Shown piece after piece: positions 10,601 through 23,200 of a DNA stretch of 34,943 nucleotides. The notes beneath the pieces are model-generated. The model worked only from the letters and a program-made list of their open reading frames with translations, was not told the origin of the DNA and ran no database searches. Made by a program: the position numbers and the translations under genes. Every line of letters begins with the position of its first letter. Position 1 is the first letter of the stretch. This DNA is from Octopus bimaculoides (Eukaryota). Where the stretch lies: NCBI RefSeq assembly GCF_001194135.2, contig NC_068985.1, positions 58,377,616 through 58,412,558 of the forward strand, written 5' to 3'.

Positions 10601-13159
10601 CTTCTGTTTTTGTTTAATGTTTCGCACGTACATATATGCATACTCACACACATATAAGTATACATACATGAATATATATATGCATGCAATGGCGAGAGTT
10701 AGATGTGCTCAACATCGAAAATATGTAGTAGTGCTCAAATGGATTTGAACTTAAACTCTAAATTCTTCAGCGAAGACTAGATTCACGGTATCACAAGTGG
10801 CTATAAGGAAAATCAAATGTTACTTCATGTGGAGGTAGTGATGCAGAGAAACAGAATTAGGCTTCACACACTCACACACGCACGCACGCGCGCACACGCA
10901 CACACACACACACACACACACAGAGGAAGGGAAGCAGGGGAGACTATCGTTACAACGAAAATATCTCTAAAATGTATAAGGTGGGAATGATTTAAGTACA
11001 TCAGTTGGTCTATCTTTAAACTGCACCAAGATGTATTTTTTAAAATGCAGACATAAAGATACAATTTCGAGTCTGGAATTTACGCAGTCATTGGAGGTAG
11101 GTTGAGTCACTCGATGTAGGTTCTGTCAGCTTCATCCAATGGGACATGTCCTGCGCTACAGTGGGTGTGCAATTTCACATATGCTTCCAGGTCACACCTA
11201 TACACACTTTGGAATACTATGATCCAGAGCAGATCAACTTGCCGTCGATTGTCAACCTGCGCAGATCATTCGCTGATCAAGTTGCCGCCGATTATCTAGG
11301 GACATGCTTTAACAAAGGCTAAGACGTATCTAACTCCCAGTGGTTATCCAGTTCTCCATTCAGCAACCCATAATTTCTGAGGGCTCCTGATATTGCTAGA
11401 TATTCGTTGAGCCTACAATGGGTTTATCTCTCCTTTTGACAGGTCCTGTTTTTAGTCTTACTGTGTTTGTAGCAACCCTAGTTGGGGTGGCGGTTTAGTA
11501 GTCGACCGTACAACAGGTTGCACTGTTTTCCATGTTATCAGTAGCATTCATGTCACCGTCAGAGACCTCGTATATGACCTGGAACATTTGTGTATGTATG
11601 CATGTATGCATGTATGCATATTTGTATGTATGTACATATATATCCGTCTGTCCGCGTGTGTGTGTGCGCGTGCGTGCGTGTTTGTATGGGTTAATCTTAG
11701 ATTATTGTACACTAAAAAATTCCATATAACATGAAATAAAAACAAAATTAATAAAGAAGGTTTTTGTTTTAGAATGAATTGGACAGTAACCGCCATGAAA
11801 TCTGTAAATGTAGATGCTTTGTAAGTTAATTTGAATCTGTTCTCATACCAAAATTTTCATTATATTCTCGTACAATACAAATGTATTTGGATATGTATGA
11901 ATTTGTGGTTTTAATCGAATAAAGTGAATGGAATAATAAAAATTATTCTACATTGTTGTGCATGAGAATAAAATGGTAAACATAATATTGAGTCACTCGC
12001 AAAGAATTTGATACTAAAATCAGTTATTATACGATAAAATAAAGAATTTTCTCCTTTTTTTTCTAAAAAAGATTGTTTATGTCATGAAATGGATTTTGTA
12101 CAATATGAAGGAAAAACCTGTGCTTTTAATAGCTTTCGTAATCTAATTTACTTTTCTCTAAATGACTAAAAATATATTCTCGATTTGTAGAAAGCGAAAA
12201 CCTCAATAAAATATAGATAATTACATGTAGGAGATATTCTAAATAATGTATGTACAGAAAAGAGCGAGGAGAATATACTATTACAGTAATTCTTTACAAT
12301 TTCATGATATGTACCACTATTCTATTGGTTTAATCAGAATATGTTCTGCTCCTTTTCAATGAATCAGTGAATTAGTTTGGCTTACTATCATGTCCACATG
12401 CTTTTTTAAAATGTTTATGATCCAACAATGCAAATCTGCGTCATCTTCTGCAAGCTCTTATGAAATTCTGCTATCAACGGATAAATAAGTTTATAAATTG
12501 ATAAATCTTGTTATGGTAATCCCCTATACATAAAGCGTATCTGATATCACAGTGATATTACAAGTATCTATTGCGTACAACGCAACTATTAGCTTTACGC
12601 ATACACATCTGAATTCAGTAGTATAGGTGCACATAAAAGGAAAATATATTACCCAGCAACTGGTGACCAATATTCGTCACGTCTACCTGTCGTATGTACA
12701 TATGATTATTACTACATGAGTAATGAATTATCGTACTAAATGCAAATATTATGCTTATAAGCACCATGAAAACACTGATAGATATTTGCTCAATAAGATT
12801 CTTTCTAAATAAACATTCTGACGTTTTTATTGATGTAACAACGTTGTGTAAAGCATGCACAAAGTAGTTAACATGCATTTCAGTATTGATATGCTGTTAG
12901 CTTTCTACAAAGCAGCTTATACAAAAGAAAATCCTTGAAACCACTATCATGATATATACAAACTTCTCCAATATAAGATCATTTTGTTGGCAATCGATGC
13001 AAAAAACTGCAAATATCCATAATATTTGGACACATCGTCCATAATGTTCCTTACTTCAATCTCATGTCATTGCCCAAGGACGTGCAAAATATTTTAGTGT
13101 CTATATTTTGTGATTTTACTTCCGTAATATTTCATACGTTGTCTTGTCAGAATTCATCT

Positions 13160-13610
13160 ATAGAATAACACTTGGCAGCGCTTGTACGGCAGTGCAAAAG
13201 AGTCTCTGCATTACAGGCTTTATCTGCTAGTACCACCAAGTCATCAGCATAGTCTGCATCTATGATAATCACAATAGGAAAACGCCTGCTTTCGGCTGGT
13301 TGAAGAGTGTATATTTTGTCCTCTAGCTCATATACAGCGGTGGTAGAACATAATTTAGATATATATGTCAAGGTGTCACCCTGGAAGACACCAGCTACTA
13401 CGTCAAAGAACTATATATCGTCAATTGGAGAACGAAGTACAGATTCCGTATTTCCTTGGAGATACAATATACAAGTAGTATTTCTTCTATTTTCCCTCGC
13501 AGTATCGATTCAAAGGCCTTCGGAAAGTCACCAAACAGGAGGGCTCCTTTCAGTTTTCTCGCACGAACTCCTTTAATTACTCTTCGGGCTAGAGATAGTC
13601 GCTCCGCAAA
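13160..13610 (-). mobile_element. RTE-clade LINE reverse-transcriptase core fragment
   Basis: Minus strand: LARRVIKGVRARKLKGALLFGDFPKAFESILRGKIEEILLVY (motif 3), RSP...FFDVVAGVFQGDTLT (motif 4), SRRFP...DADYADDLVVLADKACNAETLLH (motif 5, YADD). Interrupted by a stop and deletions. Confidence 0.9.
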
Positions 13611-14039
13611 CTGGTCTGGTTGGGGGCCCCATGGCAGTGTTTATGTAGGGTTTGTGGTCTTTGCGTAACCCGTATAGAATAGGAACATTATTGCTGGATG
13701 CTTAGAAATTATGTACCGTCAATTTTCATAGGTTCGAGTACGTTGCACCACATTCCCATATGTGTATTGAGGAGTTCTTGCACTCTTTCATGTTCCTGTG
13801 GTGCAACTTCTCTCATGGCCACTGGATATAGTTCTGTGGCTGTCTATTGAGAGTCTGCCAGACTTGTCTGTAGGGAGGCACACTAATTGTCGGAGTCTAT
13901 TTCTAGCAAAGGAGATCTTTGCTTCTGTTTCACTGTCAATCTAGGGTGGGATACATACCCTTTTGTTAAAGTGTAAATCTGTTGGGTAGATTCTCATATA
14001 AGATTTATTGTTAGGGTTATAGAAGACTGAGTGAAGAGT

Positions 14040-14385
14040 GTTGTTATCGTTGTGGTTGTTGTTATAGTTACTGGCATTGTAATTGTTGTTGTTGGTGGTG
14101 GTGGTGATGGTGGTGGTAGTGCTTCTGTTGTACCTATTATTGTTTTGTTTTAAGGGATAGTGTTATTGTGGGTGTGGGTGGTGTTGTTAGTAGTGGTGTG
14201 GATGATGTGGTTGGTATTTTTGTCCGTGTGTGGGATGTTGTTGTTGTTATTGCTATGATCATTGTTACTGTTGTTATAGTTGTCTGAGTGAGGAATGTTG
14301 TGGTTGTCATTGTTGTTATTGTTATTGCCACTATTGTAATTGTTGTTGTTGTTTTGTTTTCGTATCTATGTGTTGTTGTTGTTGT
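14040..14385. repeat. Degenerate (GTT/GGT/ATT)n trinucleotide low-complexity tract
   Basis: Directly visible. It gives the Thr-rich and Cys-rich ORFs listed here. Confidence 0.85.
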
Positions 14386-15289
14386 ATTGTCCTAACCTCA
14401 ATCTTAATTTTAAGAACGTTTTTTCAATCTCAGATAGACAATCAATTTTTCTGACCTTTTTATATGTAGCGAATATTGATGGTAACTCTAAAGCATGCAT
14501 TGCATCTGTATCTAGCTGTACTGCATCATATATTCATGATGTGTAACTGTTGTGGTTGTTGATGGTGGTATTGTTTTCCGGTGCCCTGGCGTGGAAGTCC
14601 TCTTCTTGTTTATATTCTGACATGACAATCCCGTCGATAGTGTTTGGGTATTTGTATTGATTCTTACCATGCTGAGATCGTTATTGTTATTGTTTATTGT
14701 TGAAGTGTTTGTTATAGGCATGGTTAACTTGGAGGTATTCTTGTTAGATATTTATCATGACTCTTTCTCTTTCGTGTGGAGTAGTGATACTTTTTTAGTT
14801 CATGCAGCAGGACTCATTTTCGCTTTTAGTACTGGTTGCTTTCTGTGTATATTTTCTTTTTGATATTTTGTAACATCGTGTGTTTTACTTTTCTTACTTG
14901 ATGTTCTGTGAGTCCTAGCGGCCTGAGCACCGAATTACAGATCTTGTTTATAGCTTCGAGGAGATGCAGTTTTAATGAAGTGGAGCTGTCGAGTAGCTAT
15001 CTTGATTTTTAGACAGCAGAACACGGTGTTGCTCAGCGTCTTGCTAGCTTAGCCAAAGCTTATTTCATTTCATTTTGGGATTTGGTTTGCACGATTCATT
15101 ATGTGAGTTCGTGTGTTGAAGCATATAATTTAACATACACACTGGTAAAGTTTCCACTTATTTCTTTCTAATTTTTCTGAAATTTTTTGCGTTTTGCAAC
15201 CTTTTCAATAGTTTTGAATCTGTCCGTTATTCACAGTTCCTTTTTGTTTGTGCGCATGTGTGTGGGTCAGTGCGTGTGTGTGTGCCTAT

Positions 15290-15488
15290 CCATTCATGTA
15301 TGTATGTACGTATGTAGGTAAGTATAAATGTATGTATGCATATGTGTGTGTGTATTCATGTGTGTGTGTGCATATGTATATATGCATATATGTGTGAACA
15401 TTTATATGTATGTACCTTGTATATTCATGTGTTTGTATGTCAGTGTTTGTATGTTTATATGTATGTGTGTGTGCGTGTGAGTGTGTTT

Positions 15489-15540
<52 letters not shown>

Positions 15541-15660
15541 CTCTGGCTCCTTGGGTGTGCATATCTAAGTGTGTGTGTTTTGCAACTATGTGCCGTGTTT
15601 GTATGTATGGATGTGCATCTCTATATGTGTGGACGTGTGTCTCCATATGTGTCCTTGTGT
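15290..15660. repeat. Degenerate (TG)n/(TATG)n microsatellite field
   Basis: Directly visible. Confidence 0.9.
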
Positions 15661-16099
15661 GAAGTAAACTGGGTGTGTATATATGGTCATGTGCTTAAGT
15701 CTTCATTGGCGTATGTGTGCTTGTCTGTTCATAAAACCTCTGTACCCATCCGTCTGTATTTTGATCTGTACACTTTCAAATCCATATTCATACATACTTG
15801 TGCATAAACATATATGTACATACACACACGCATACATACATCTATCTACATAACAACCCACTAAATATTCTACTCTACCTGTGTAAACTGTGGGTATGGG
15901 GGTATGATATCTACTATGTGTATTTCCTATTTAGTATTGGGGGAGTTTCATTTATGAGGACGTACTCCCGTATTTGTCTGAGTGTTGGGTGCTTTTGGTG
16001 CTTGGAGAGCATAAAACATTGAAAATACTAAGAGTAGAATACGTAATTTTTTAAATCAACAGCTGTTTTATGAAGCACAGAGTTACCTAATAATCGTAA

Positions 16100-17050
16100 T
16101 TTTCGTAATTTGCTGATGGAATGTGCCAAAATTCATGCGTATGCCACCAGTAACTATTGATACGGAGATGTTAGGAAACGTCTAGCTTTCTTCCTCAAGA
16201 GAGAGTTGGCAAAAGCAGTTCATATAGTATTTCTAGAGAATTTAAAGCTTCAATGGGGAGAGCTGGAAGAACATGAAGTAGTGGCAGGGAAAATGTGAAT
16301 ATATGCAGCAAAGGAAGGTTAAACAGAAGTAGAGAGGAAGTTAAAAGCAGGAAGTGGTAGGAGGATTTCTATGATATCACGGGTATAAAAAGAATAGATG
16401 AAACAGCGGAGAAAAGATAAAGATAAGGTCAGTGTGGTGATAGGGATCACCAAATGTGGTCAAGGGAATCTCACTAAGCCCACAATAAATCACGTAGATG
16501 TGGTAGATTACGATACAGAGACACTGAATGAGGTGAGCTATAAACGAGAGGAATATAAGTGGGGTAGCGAATGAGGGAGTTATGCTGGGAATAGAGGAAG
16601 AAAATCCTGCTAGCATTACTATGTATTAAAGAAGGCCTTAAAAACAATATGAATCGTTCATGAGGTCTTTATGTGATGATCAAAAGTGGATTAAAATTTA
16701 TGTTTACACGAGATTACATCAGAAAACCTATTGATTAACATGGTACTATGATAGCGAAGAATACCAACGTTTGCCTGTAACTACTTAAGAACACGGTGGA
16801 TATTGATGTACAGGGAAACCCCAGAAACTACGGACCACGATAAGGTATGGGAAATATTTTCGAATTTGTGGTGGTGTATGAACCTAGCTAGGAATGTAGA
16901 GACTTTAAAGAGTCCATTTGAAAAACGAATTCATTTGAGCCCAGTATCGGAACCTAAATTCACCTGTCGCAAATGTAGATACTAGCCTGATGGGAACATT
17001 GATTTTTTACCGGACATTTTACATCAAACATTATAGCAAAGCAAAAATCA
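16100..17050 (-). mobile_element. Possible highly decayed CR1/L2-type LINE endonuclease region
   Basis: Pyrimidine-rich minus strand with faint APE-like spacing (SGVSLYIN..., IVMLAGFS..., PYHHTDLIF...). No intact catalytic motif. Confidence 0.25.
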
Positions 17051-18212
17051 TCCAACGGATATAATTAGGAGACCCGACAATGATAAGTGTTTCCACTATC
17101 AGGGGGCTTAATTTAATCTGATTTATTTGAACCTTAATCCTTGAACTGGGATTGGAGGTGTTATTGCTACTAGTAAGGGATTGGGAGAAGGTGTCACAGC
17201 TGTCACATGCGTTAAGTTCACTAGTGCTAGGGGCGATGGTACGAGTGTTTCTATTATTAGAGTTTAAAAAAAAACTCGAGTAAATATTTGACCTGGAGAT
17301 AGAATGGTAGCGTAAACCGTAAGATCTACTGCTTTCCGACCTTAGAAGGCTTGAACGCGGTGCAATAGGCTACTCTGGGATAGTTGGATATTATTCAACA
17401 TCCGAGGTGGCAGGAGTACTAGTAGTATAGGAATTCAGTTAAAGGGTGACGAGATATTGATGGGCAAAGGCAAGCAACCGGCCTTACATTCCCCACTGTT
17501 AAAGAGAAGTACGAGCTTTGCTTTTAGTCAAGTATTGAGAATATATGAGAGCCTGGTTATAAATACGTGGCATGATTAGTAATATATACTCATTAGATGT
17601 TATGTTAGAAACCCCGATAGGAATACTTGTGACAGTGCTATAAGGGTAACTTGAGGCTGATAAAACAGGTTATTGATATATTGTAACGACTTGGCCTATG
17701 GTAAGGGTGATATTCGGTCTATGGTAAGGGTGATATAGATTCGCATCTAAGACGTTGACTAAATTAAAGCTATTTTCGAATGAGAAAGAACGTATGGAGG
17801 GCCTTCCGGGTAGGTTCGAGGCATACCTGTGTCTATGCGTAGAGCAACAACTCAACTCTGCAAAGACCTCCGGATGGGCTAAAGATATACTGGATTATTT
17901 GAGAACGAAGAGGTCATCCAGGTCGATAGCCTAAGCAGAGTCGGAGGCGCCCGTGACAAATCGAAGAGACCTAAAGTTTACTGGTTGCATACCCATGATT
18001 ATTTCCTCATTGCATCTACTAATTAAGAATATTACGAATATTACGCAATTTCAATTTCATGGATACAACACTCGAATTGAAACATTATGTACTCTCTCCT
18101 TAGTAATCTGTATTTTTATGCTCTGTGTAGATTTTTATACATACACATGATTATCTTCCTGAATATATATAGGTATCTGCATACATATGTGTGTGTGTGT
18201 ATTGGTGTGTGG

Positions 18213-18217
<5 letters not shown>

Positions 18218-18277
<60 letters not shown>

Positions 18278-18298
18278 TATACACACACACACACACAC
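18218..18298. repeat. (TA)n followed by (CA)n microsatellite
   Basis: Directly visible. Confidence 0.95.
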
Positions 18299-18923
18299 AA
18301 AGAAATATACATACCTACATGCATACGTAGAAATAGATGCCTATTTATATATCAGTATACATATGCAATTATTGAGTACACATAGGTGTATATCAGCGTA
18401 TAAGAGTGTGTATGTGTGTGAATCTGCATGACTCACTTTAAGGACGAATACATTACAGAAAAATTTGTCGAGCTTGTGTCTGTTATAGACGATTCATGTT
18501 TTTTATTTAATTTGGAAAAGAAAAAAGCAATGTCGCGTAATTTCCTGTAGTCTCTCGCTTAGCACGCTTTTCCTGAATACAGAAAATTACCTGGATCGAT
18601 TTCCCTCAGGCTGATTGTTACGATGTCTGGATATCGAACTAATCCTCACAAAAGATTACCAGGCTTATTTTTGATTTGCTTCCTTTAAACTTACCTACCA
18701 AATAAACATGTGTACGTGTATGCATTCCTATATGCTTGGAACATTATTTTGTGATCGACGAAGAAACGACGTCATTTTTAGAAATACACGAAACTTTTAC
18801 GTTATGTCTAGAATGACTCTGACTTCTTTTTAGCGGGAGCGTACCTCCATAAATTGTGAAGAAGGCATTGAATTAAATATAGGCATAAATTACGATACAC
18901 ACACCTATCTATCTATCTTTCTT

Positions 18924-18960
<37 letters not shown>

Positions 18961-20177
18961 ATGTATGTATATGCATAAGCATGCACTTATATATGAATAC
19001 ATGTACATACATGCATGTGTATATNNNNNNNNNNNNNNNNNNNNNNNNNNNNNNNNNNNNNNNNNNNNNNNNNNNNNNNNNNNNNNNNNNNNNNNNNNNN
19101 NNNNNNNNNNNNNNNNNNNNNNNNNNNNNNNNNNNNNNNNNNNNNNNNNNNNNNNNNNNNNNNNNNNNNNNNNNNNNNNNNNNNNNNNNNNNNNNNNNNN
19201 NNNNNNNNNNNNNNNNNNNNNNNNNNNNNNNNNNNNNNNNNNNNNNNNNNNNNNNNNNNNNNNNNNNNNNNNNNNNNNNNNNNNNNNNNNNNNNNNNNNN
19301 NNNNNNNNNNNNNNNNNNNNNNNNNNNNNNNNNNNNNNNNNNNNNNNNNNNNNNNNNNNNNNNNNNNNNNNNNNNNNNNNNNNNNNNNNNNNNNNNNNNN
19401 NNNNNNNNNNNNNNNNNNNNNNNNNNNNNNNNNNNNNNNNNNNNNNNNNNNNNNNNNNNNNNNNNNNNNNNNNNNNNNNNNNNNNNNNNNNNNNNNNNNN
19501 NNNNNNNNNNNNNNNNNNNNNNNNNNNNNNNNNNNNNNNNNNNNNNNNNNNNNNNNNNNNNNNNNNNNNNNNNNNNNNNNNNNNNNNNNNNNNNNNNNNN
19601 NNNNNNNNNNNNNNNNNNNNNNNNNNNNNNNNNNNNNNNNNNNNNNNNNNNNNNNNNNNNNNNNNNNNNNNNNNNNNNNNNNNNNNNNNNNNNNNNNNNN
19701 NNNNNNNNNNNNNNNNNNNNNNNNNNNNNNNNNNNNNNNNNNNNNNNNNNNNNNNNNNNNNNNNNNNNNNNNNNTCTGTCTGTTTCCTGATAGAATATTC
19801 AACAGAAAAGAGCACTCCATCTGGTGAGAGATAAATATTATTTATTTAAAGGGCACGATACCTGCATTTCAGCGCTATTAATAGTTCATTATGTTGAGAA
19901 ATATCAAACATATCATAACGAACTAAAAAAACAAAAATAATACATGAAACGTATAAAAGACTAAGACGGCAGCATGTAGAGTGTGCAGAATGTAAAAAAC
20001 GGGAAATAAAAAACAAAAGCCACGAAACAAAAAAACGGATAAAGAAAACACAAAAATTAAAATGTAAAAAATAAAAATTAAAAATGTAGAAGAACTAAAA
20101 GATAAGGCTGGAAATATATTACATTAGACAGCAATACGCGGAATTTACCAATTCTTCAAAATATATTTATACCTATA

Positions 20178-20342
20178 GGCGAAGGAGTGGATGTGTGGTA
20201 AGTAGCTTGCTTACCAGCCACATGGTTCCGGGTTAAGTCCCACTGCGTGGGACCTTGGACAAGTGTCTTCTACTATAGCCTCGGGCCGACCAATGCCTTG
20301 TGAGTGGATTTGGTAGGTGGAAACTGAAAGAAGCCCGTCGTT

Positions 20343-20375
<33 letters not shown>

Positions 20376-20620
20376 GCATGTATGTATGTATGTATGTGTG
20401 TTTGTGTGTGTCTGTGTCTGCCCCCCCTCAATCGCTTGACAACCGATGCTGGTGTGTTTACGTCCCCGTAAATTAGAGGTTCGGCAATAAGAGACCGATA
20501 GAATAAGTACTAGGCTTCCAAAGAATAAGTCCTGTGGTCGATATGCTCGACTAAAGGCGGTGCTCCAGCATGGCGGCAGTTAAATGACTGAAACAAGTAA
20601 AAGAGTAAAAGAGTAAAGAG
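20178..20620 (+). mobile_element. tRNA-derived SINE, full length, with an internal microsatellite and (GTAAAAGA)-type tail
   Basis: Head GGCGAAGGAGTGGATGTGTGG with A-box-like 20188-20198 and B-box-like GGTTAAGTCC 20231-20240. Internal (TA)/(TATG)/(TG) tract at about 20342-20410. 3' end GGCGGTGCTCCAGCATGGCGGCAGTTAAATGACTGAAACAAGTAAAAGAGTAAAAGAG. Resembles a very abundant octopus SINE (recollection). Confidence 0.88.
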
Positions 20621-21040
20621 TATATTCATGAACCCATTGAACATTTCTGATCTAGATTTCAATAGAGATTTTGGAATCTTTGATCTGAACAGGATCAGCG
20701 CTTTTTCAGCTAAATAAAGCCTACATTTATTCGATCCATTCACATGAGGTATGGATTTCTCATTTACTTTCCATTTAATCACATGTCCTGTTTCGTTATC
20801 ATTAAATATCCATACGTAGCTAGCCAACTTAGTAGATTTACTTTTATCTCTATATAGGAAGGAGTCTATGTGATTCGCACAACGATTTTTAATTTCAACA
20901 TCACGTAATCCAGTATAGGCTTCCTTAGTTGTATTATTATTTAGGGTTGCAGTAACTTCTGCCTCATATATGATAGATTTAATATAACAATTAACATAAG
21001 TAAAATATTCCTCTCTGCTAGAGAAACATTTACTAGCAAC
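20621..21040 (-). mobile_element. PLE GIY-YIG endonuclease domain fragment
   Basis: Stop-free minus frame: VNCYIKSIIYEAEVTATLNNNTTKEAYTGLRDVEIKNRCANHIDSFLYRDKSKSTKLASYVWIFNDN...VIKWKVNEK...KCRLYLAEKALIL...LLKSRSEMF. This matches the PLE pattern C...IIY.A.V...YIG.T..FK.R..NH..SF...T.LS.YIW.L...I.W.I...C.LCL.EK..I...LN.RSE. Confidence 0.85.
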
Positions 21041-21234
21041 TCACAGATAGAGGGAAATATTTAATAGATATTCTGTGAAGTTCTCATATAACTTCTGCCT
21101 CAGTATGAAGCCTATCATTACACGTGGTCAATACCAAGAACTTAAATCTGGTTGCAACTGTTGCAAACCAGGATCTTGTCCATTTGACCAACGATGTATG
21201 ANNNNNNNNNNATATATATATATATAAATTCCAA

Positions 21235-21830
21235 AGGCTGACCAAGATACTCTCATGGAATGTTTCCGAATGAAGTTATGAAGTTTATTTTTACAACATA
21301 TACACCCCCATGCGGTCCATATTCTTCTTCCATTGTTGTTTCAGTACTTTGATCCCATTGGTGGAGAGGCTTTCAGCCTGTTGCTTAAAAAGTACATAAG
21401 TAGTGATTATAACTACATCATGACTGTGATTCTGGTTTCCAGCCAAGTAATTTTTCATTTTGGGTGACAAATGATAGTCCAATGGAGCCAAATTGAGAGA
21501 TTAGCGACGGTGATCAACCAACTGAAAATCACAGCTCTACACAGTAGCTATTAATAACAAGAACTTGTGTGCTGGAGTATTGACCGAATTAAACAAGACA
21601 CCCACGAAAACTAGGTGTTTTGTTTTGATAACAGCAACTTGGGATAATACTTTGCAGTGAAGCTTTGACCCCTTTCAGGATAGTCAATAATCACAATGCT
21701 TTTTGCGTCCCAAAACGCTGAGGCCATCACATTCCCTGCAGATGAAACAACCTTAGTCTTCTTTATAGCATGTGAGTAAGATTTCCACTACATGGGTTGT
21801 CTAATTGTCTCTGGCTCAACGTAATGAAAC
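21235..21830 (-). mobile_element. Mariner (DD34D-type) transposase C-terminal remnant
   Basis: Minus strand: FHYVEPETIRQPM*WK...KTKVVSSAGNVMASAFWDAKSIVIIDY...APLDYHLSPKMKNYLAG...GIKVLKQQWKKNMDRMGVY. This matches mariner EPETKRQS.QW...GKVMASVFWD..G...IDY...SPDLAPSDY.LF...GI..L..RW.KC....GDY. Confidence 0.9.
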
Positions 21831-21840
21831 ATATGTATAT

Positions 21841-22060
21841 CATCATCATCATCATCATCATTTAAAGTCCACCTTCCATGCTGGCATTGGTTGGACGGTT
21901 TGACAGGAGCTGGCCAAGCAGAAATCTTCACCCTAGTTATTTGTCTGTTATGGCACATGTTTTACGGCAGGATGCCCCTCCTAACAGCAACCACTCCCGC
22001 AGCGTGGGCTGAGTGCTTTTTTCTTGGTAGCAACACAGGCGAGGTCAGTTGTGGCATGGT
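21841..22060 (-). mobile_element. 3' portion of a SINE-like repeat with (ATG)n tail
   Basis: (CAT)n at 21841-21860 followed by TTTAAAGTCCACCTTCCATGCTGGCATTGGTTGGACGG...ACGGCAGGATGCCCCTCCTAACAGCAACC. The minus-strand motif GGTTGCTGTTAGGAGGGGCATCCTGCCGT resembles a conserved invertebrate SINE central domain (recollection). No tRNA head seen. Confidence 0.55.
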
Positions 22061-22112
22061 TTAACATGTGCTTCCTAATAACAGTGTGAACTTCATTTAA
22101 TCAAGATGACCT

Positions 22113-22181
22113 TGGCCTGAAGAGTAGCGTGCGGCATATACTTCGTTTGGATATCTAGCACTACCGAAACTCCGTTCGCTA
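22113..22181 (+). ncRNA. Second candidate hammerhead-like fold (imperfect)
   Basis: TGGC | CTGAAGA (22117-22123) | GTAG...CTAC | C | GAAA (22166-22169) | CTCCG | TTC | GCTA. Helix I TGGC/GCTA pairs 4/4 (one G-U). Helix II closure and helix III are imperfect. Confidence 0.28.
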
Positions 22182-22214
22182 TGAAACATATGTAGCCCGC
22201 ATTTTAATGCTTGC

Positions 22215-22215
<1 letters not shown>

Positions 22216-22275
<60 letters not shown>
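22216..22275. repeat. (TA)n microsatellite
   Basis: Directly visible. Confidence 0.95.
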
Positions 22276-22279
<4 letters not shown>

Positions 22280-23160
22280 CACATATAAGAGCACTGCAAT
22301 TTCCTATAAGCATTGTAATAAGTTTAAATCATCGCAAAACAGTTTGAACACAGGAGGAGTGTGCTTCAGCAAAATATGAAAGGTGTGACGACAATGGCTG
22401 AAAGCAAAAAAGAGGAAACATGGCATTTCTTAACGTAGATTTTACAATGATGATTTTATATTTCGGTAAATCAAACAGAAAGAAACTAATCAGTTCGGTG
22501 AAAAGTGTTCTATGGGCAGCCCATAGTAGATTCATATGCTGTTGATACCATATTTCTTCGAAATTTTTGTTACTCTCTTGCTTGAATTTGAAGAAATGCT
22601 TTCCCTAAATGTTTTCCCTAAAGATAATTAGATACCTAGTGCAAGGTAATACAATGTATACACACGCACAAACACATGCACACACACACACACACACACA
22701 CACATCAATCCAGTATTAATATACACTTCATTAGAGCTTTATTTGTATTCGTTGAGACAAGGTATACGAAGATAGAGATACATATAAATGCGCGTGTATC
22801 TGCGTGTGCGTGTGTGTGTGTGTGTGCGTGCGTGTGTGTGTGTGTGTGTGCGTGTGTGTGTGTGTGTGTGTGTGGGTATGTTGTTATGTGTATCAGTTAG
22901 AGATTTATCTTGGAAATCTCTATGCATTTCGACTTTTGGTCTCGGTTGTGCCTGTTTCAATTCTTCTGCAGTAAAGCAATTTATTTCAGGAGACTCCAGA
23001 TATCTGTGTAGCTGACATGACACCCAGCCAATGCCTGGTGAAACCCTCCCCTTAATACCCAGCAAGTCTTAGATTTTACCCTACACCTTTTGTTGAATTC
23101 CCTAGAGACTGAATATACCTGCGAGCAGATATGTAAAAGTCATAGTTATATTTACCTGTA

Positions 23161-23200
<40 letters not shown>

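Noticed and set aside
11090-11570. GC-balanced block that looks like a LINE 5' region
   Set aside because: No ORF, promoter box or internal homologue to anchor a call.
18590-18640. Minus-strand mini-exon candidate (RYPDIVTISLREIDP, donor CAG|GTAATT)
   Set aside because: Weak acceptor and an unrecognised peptide; expected by chance in 35 kb.
19794-19823. 30-nt AG/GT-bounded plus-strand micro-exon candidate
   Set aside because: Too short to evaluate, abuts a gap, and has no recognisable peptide.
22739-23065. 108-aa minus ORF (MLGIKGRVSPG...)
   Set aside because: The C-terminal half is microsatellite-derived, it starts at TTG, and no motif is recognisable.
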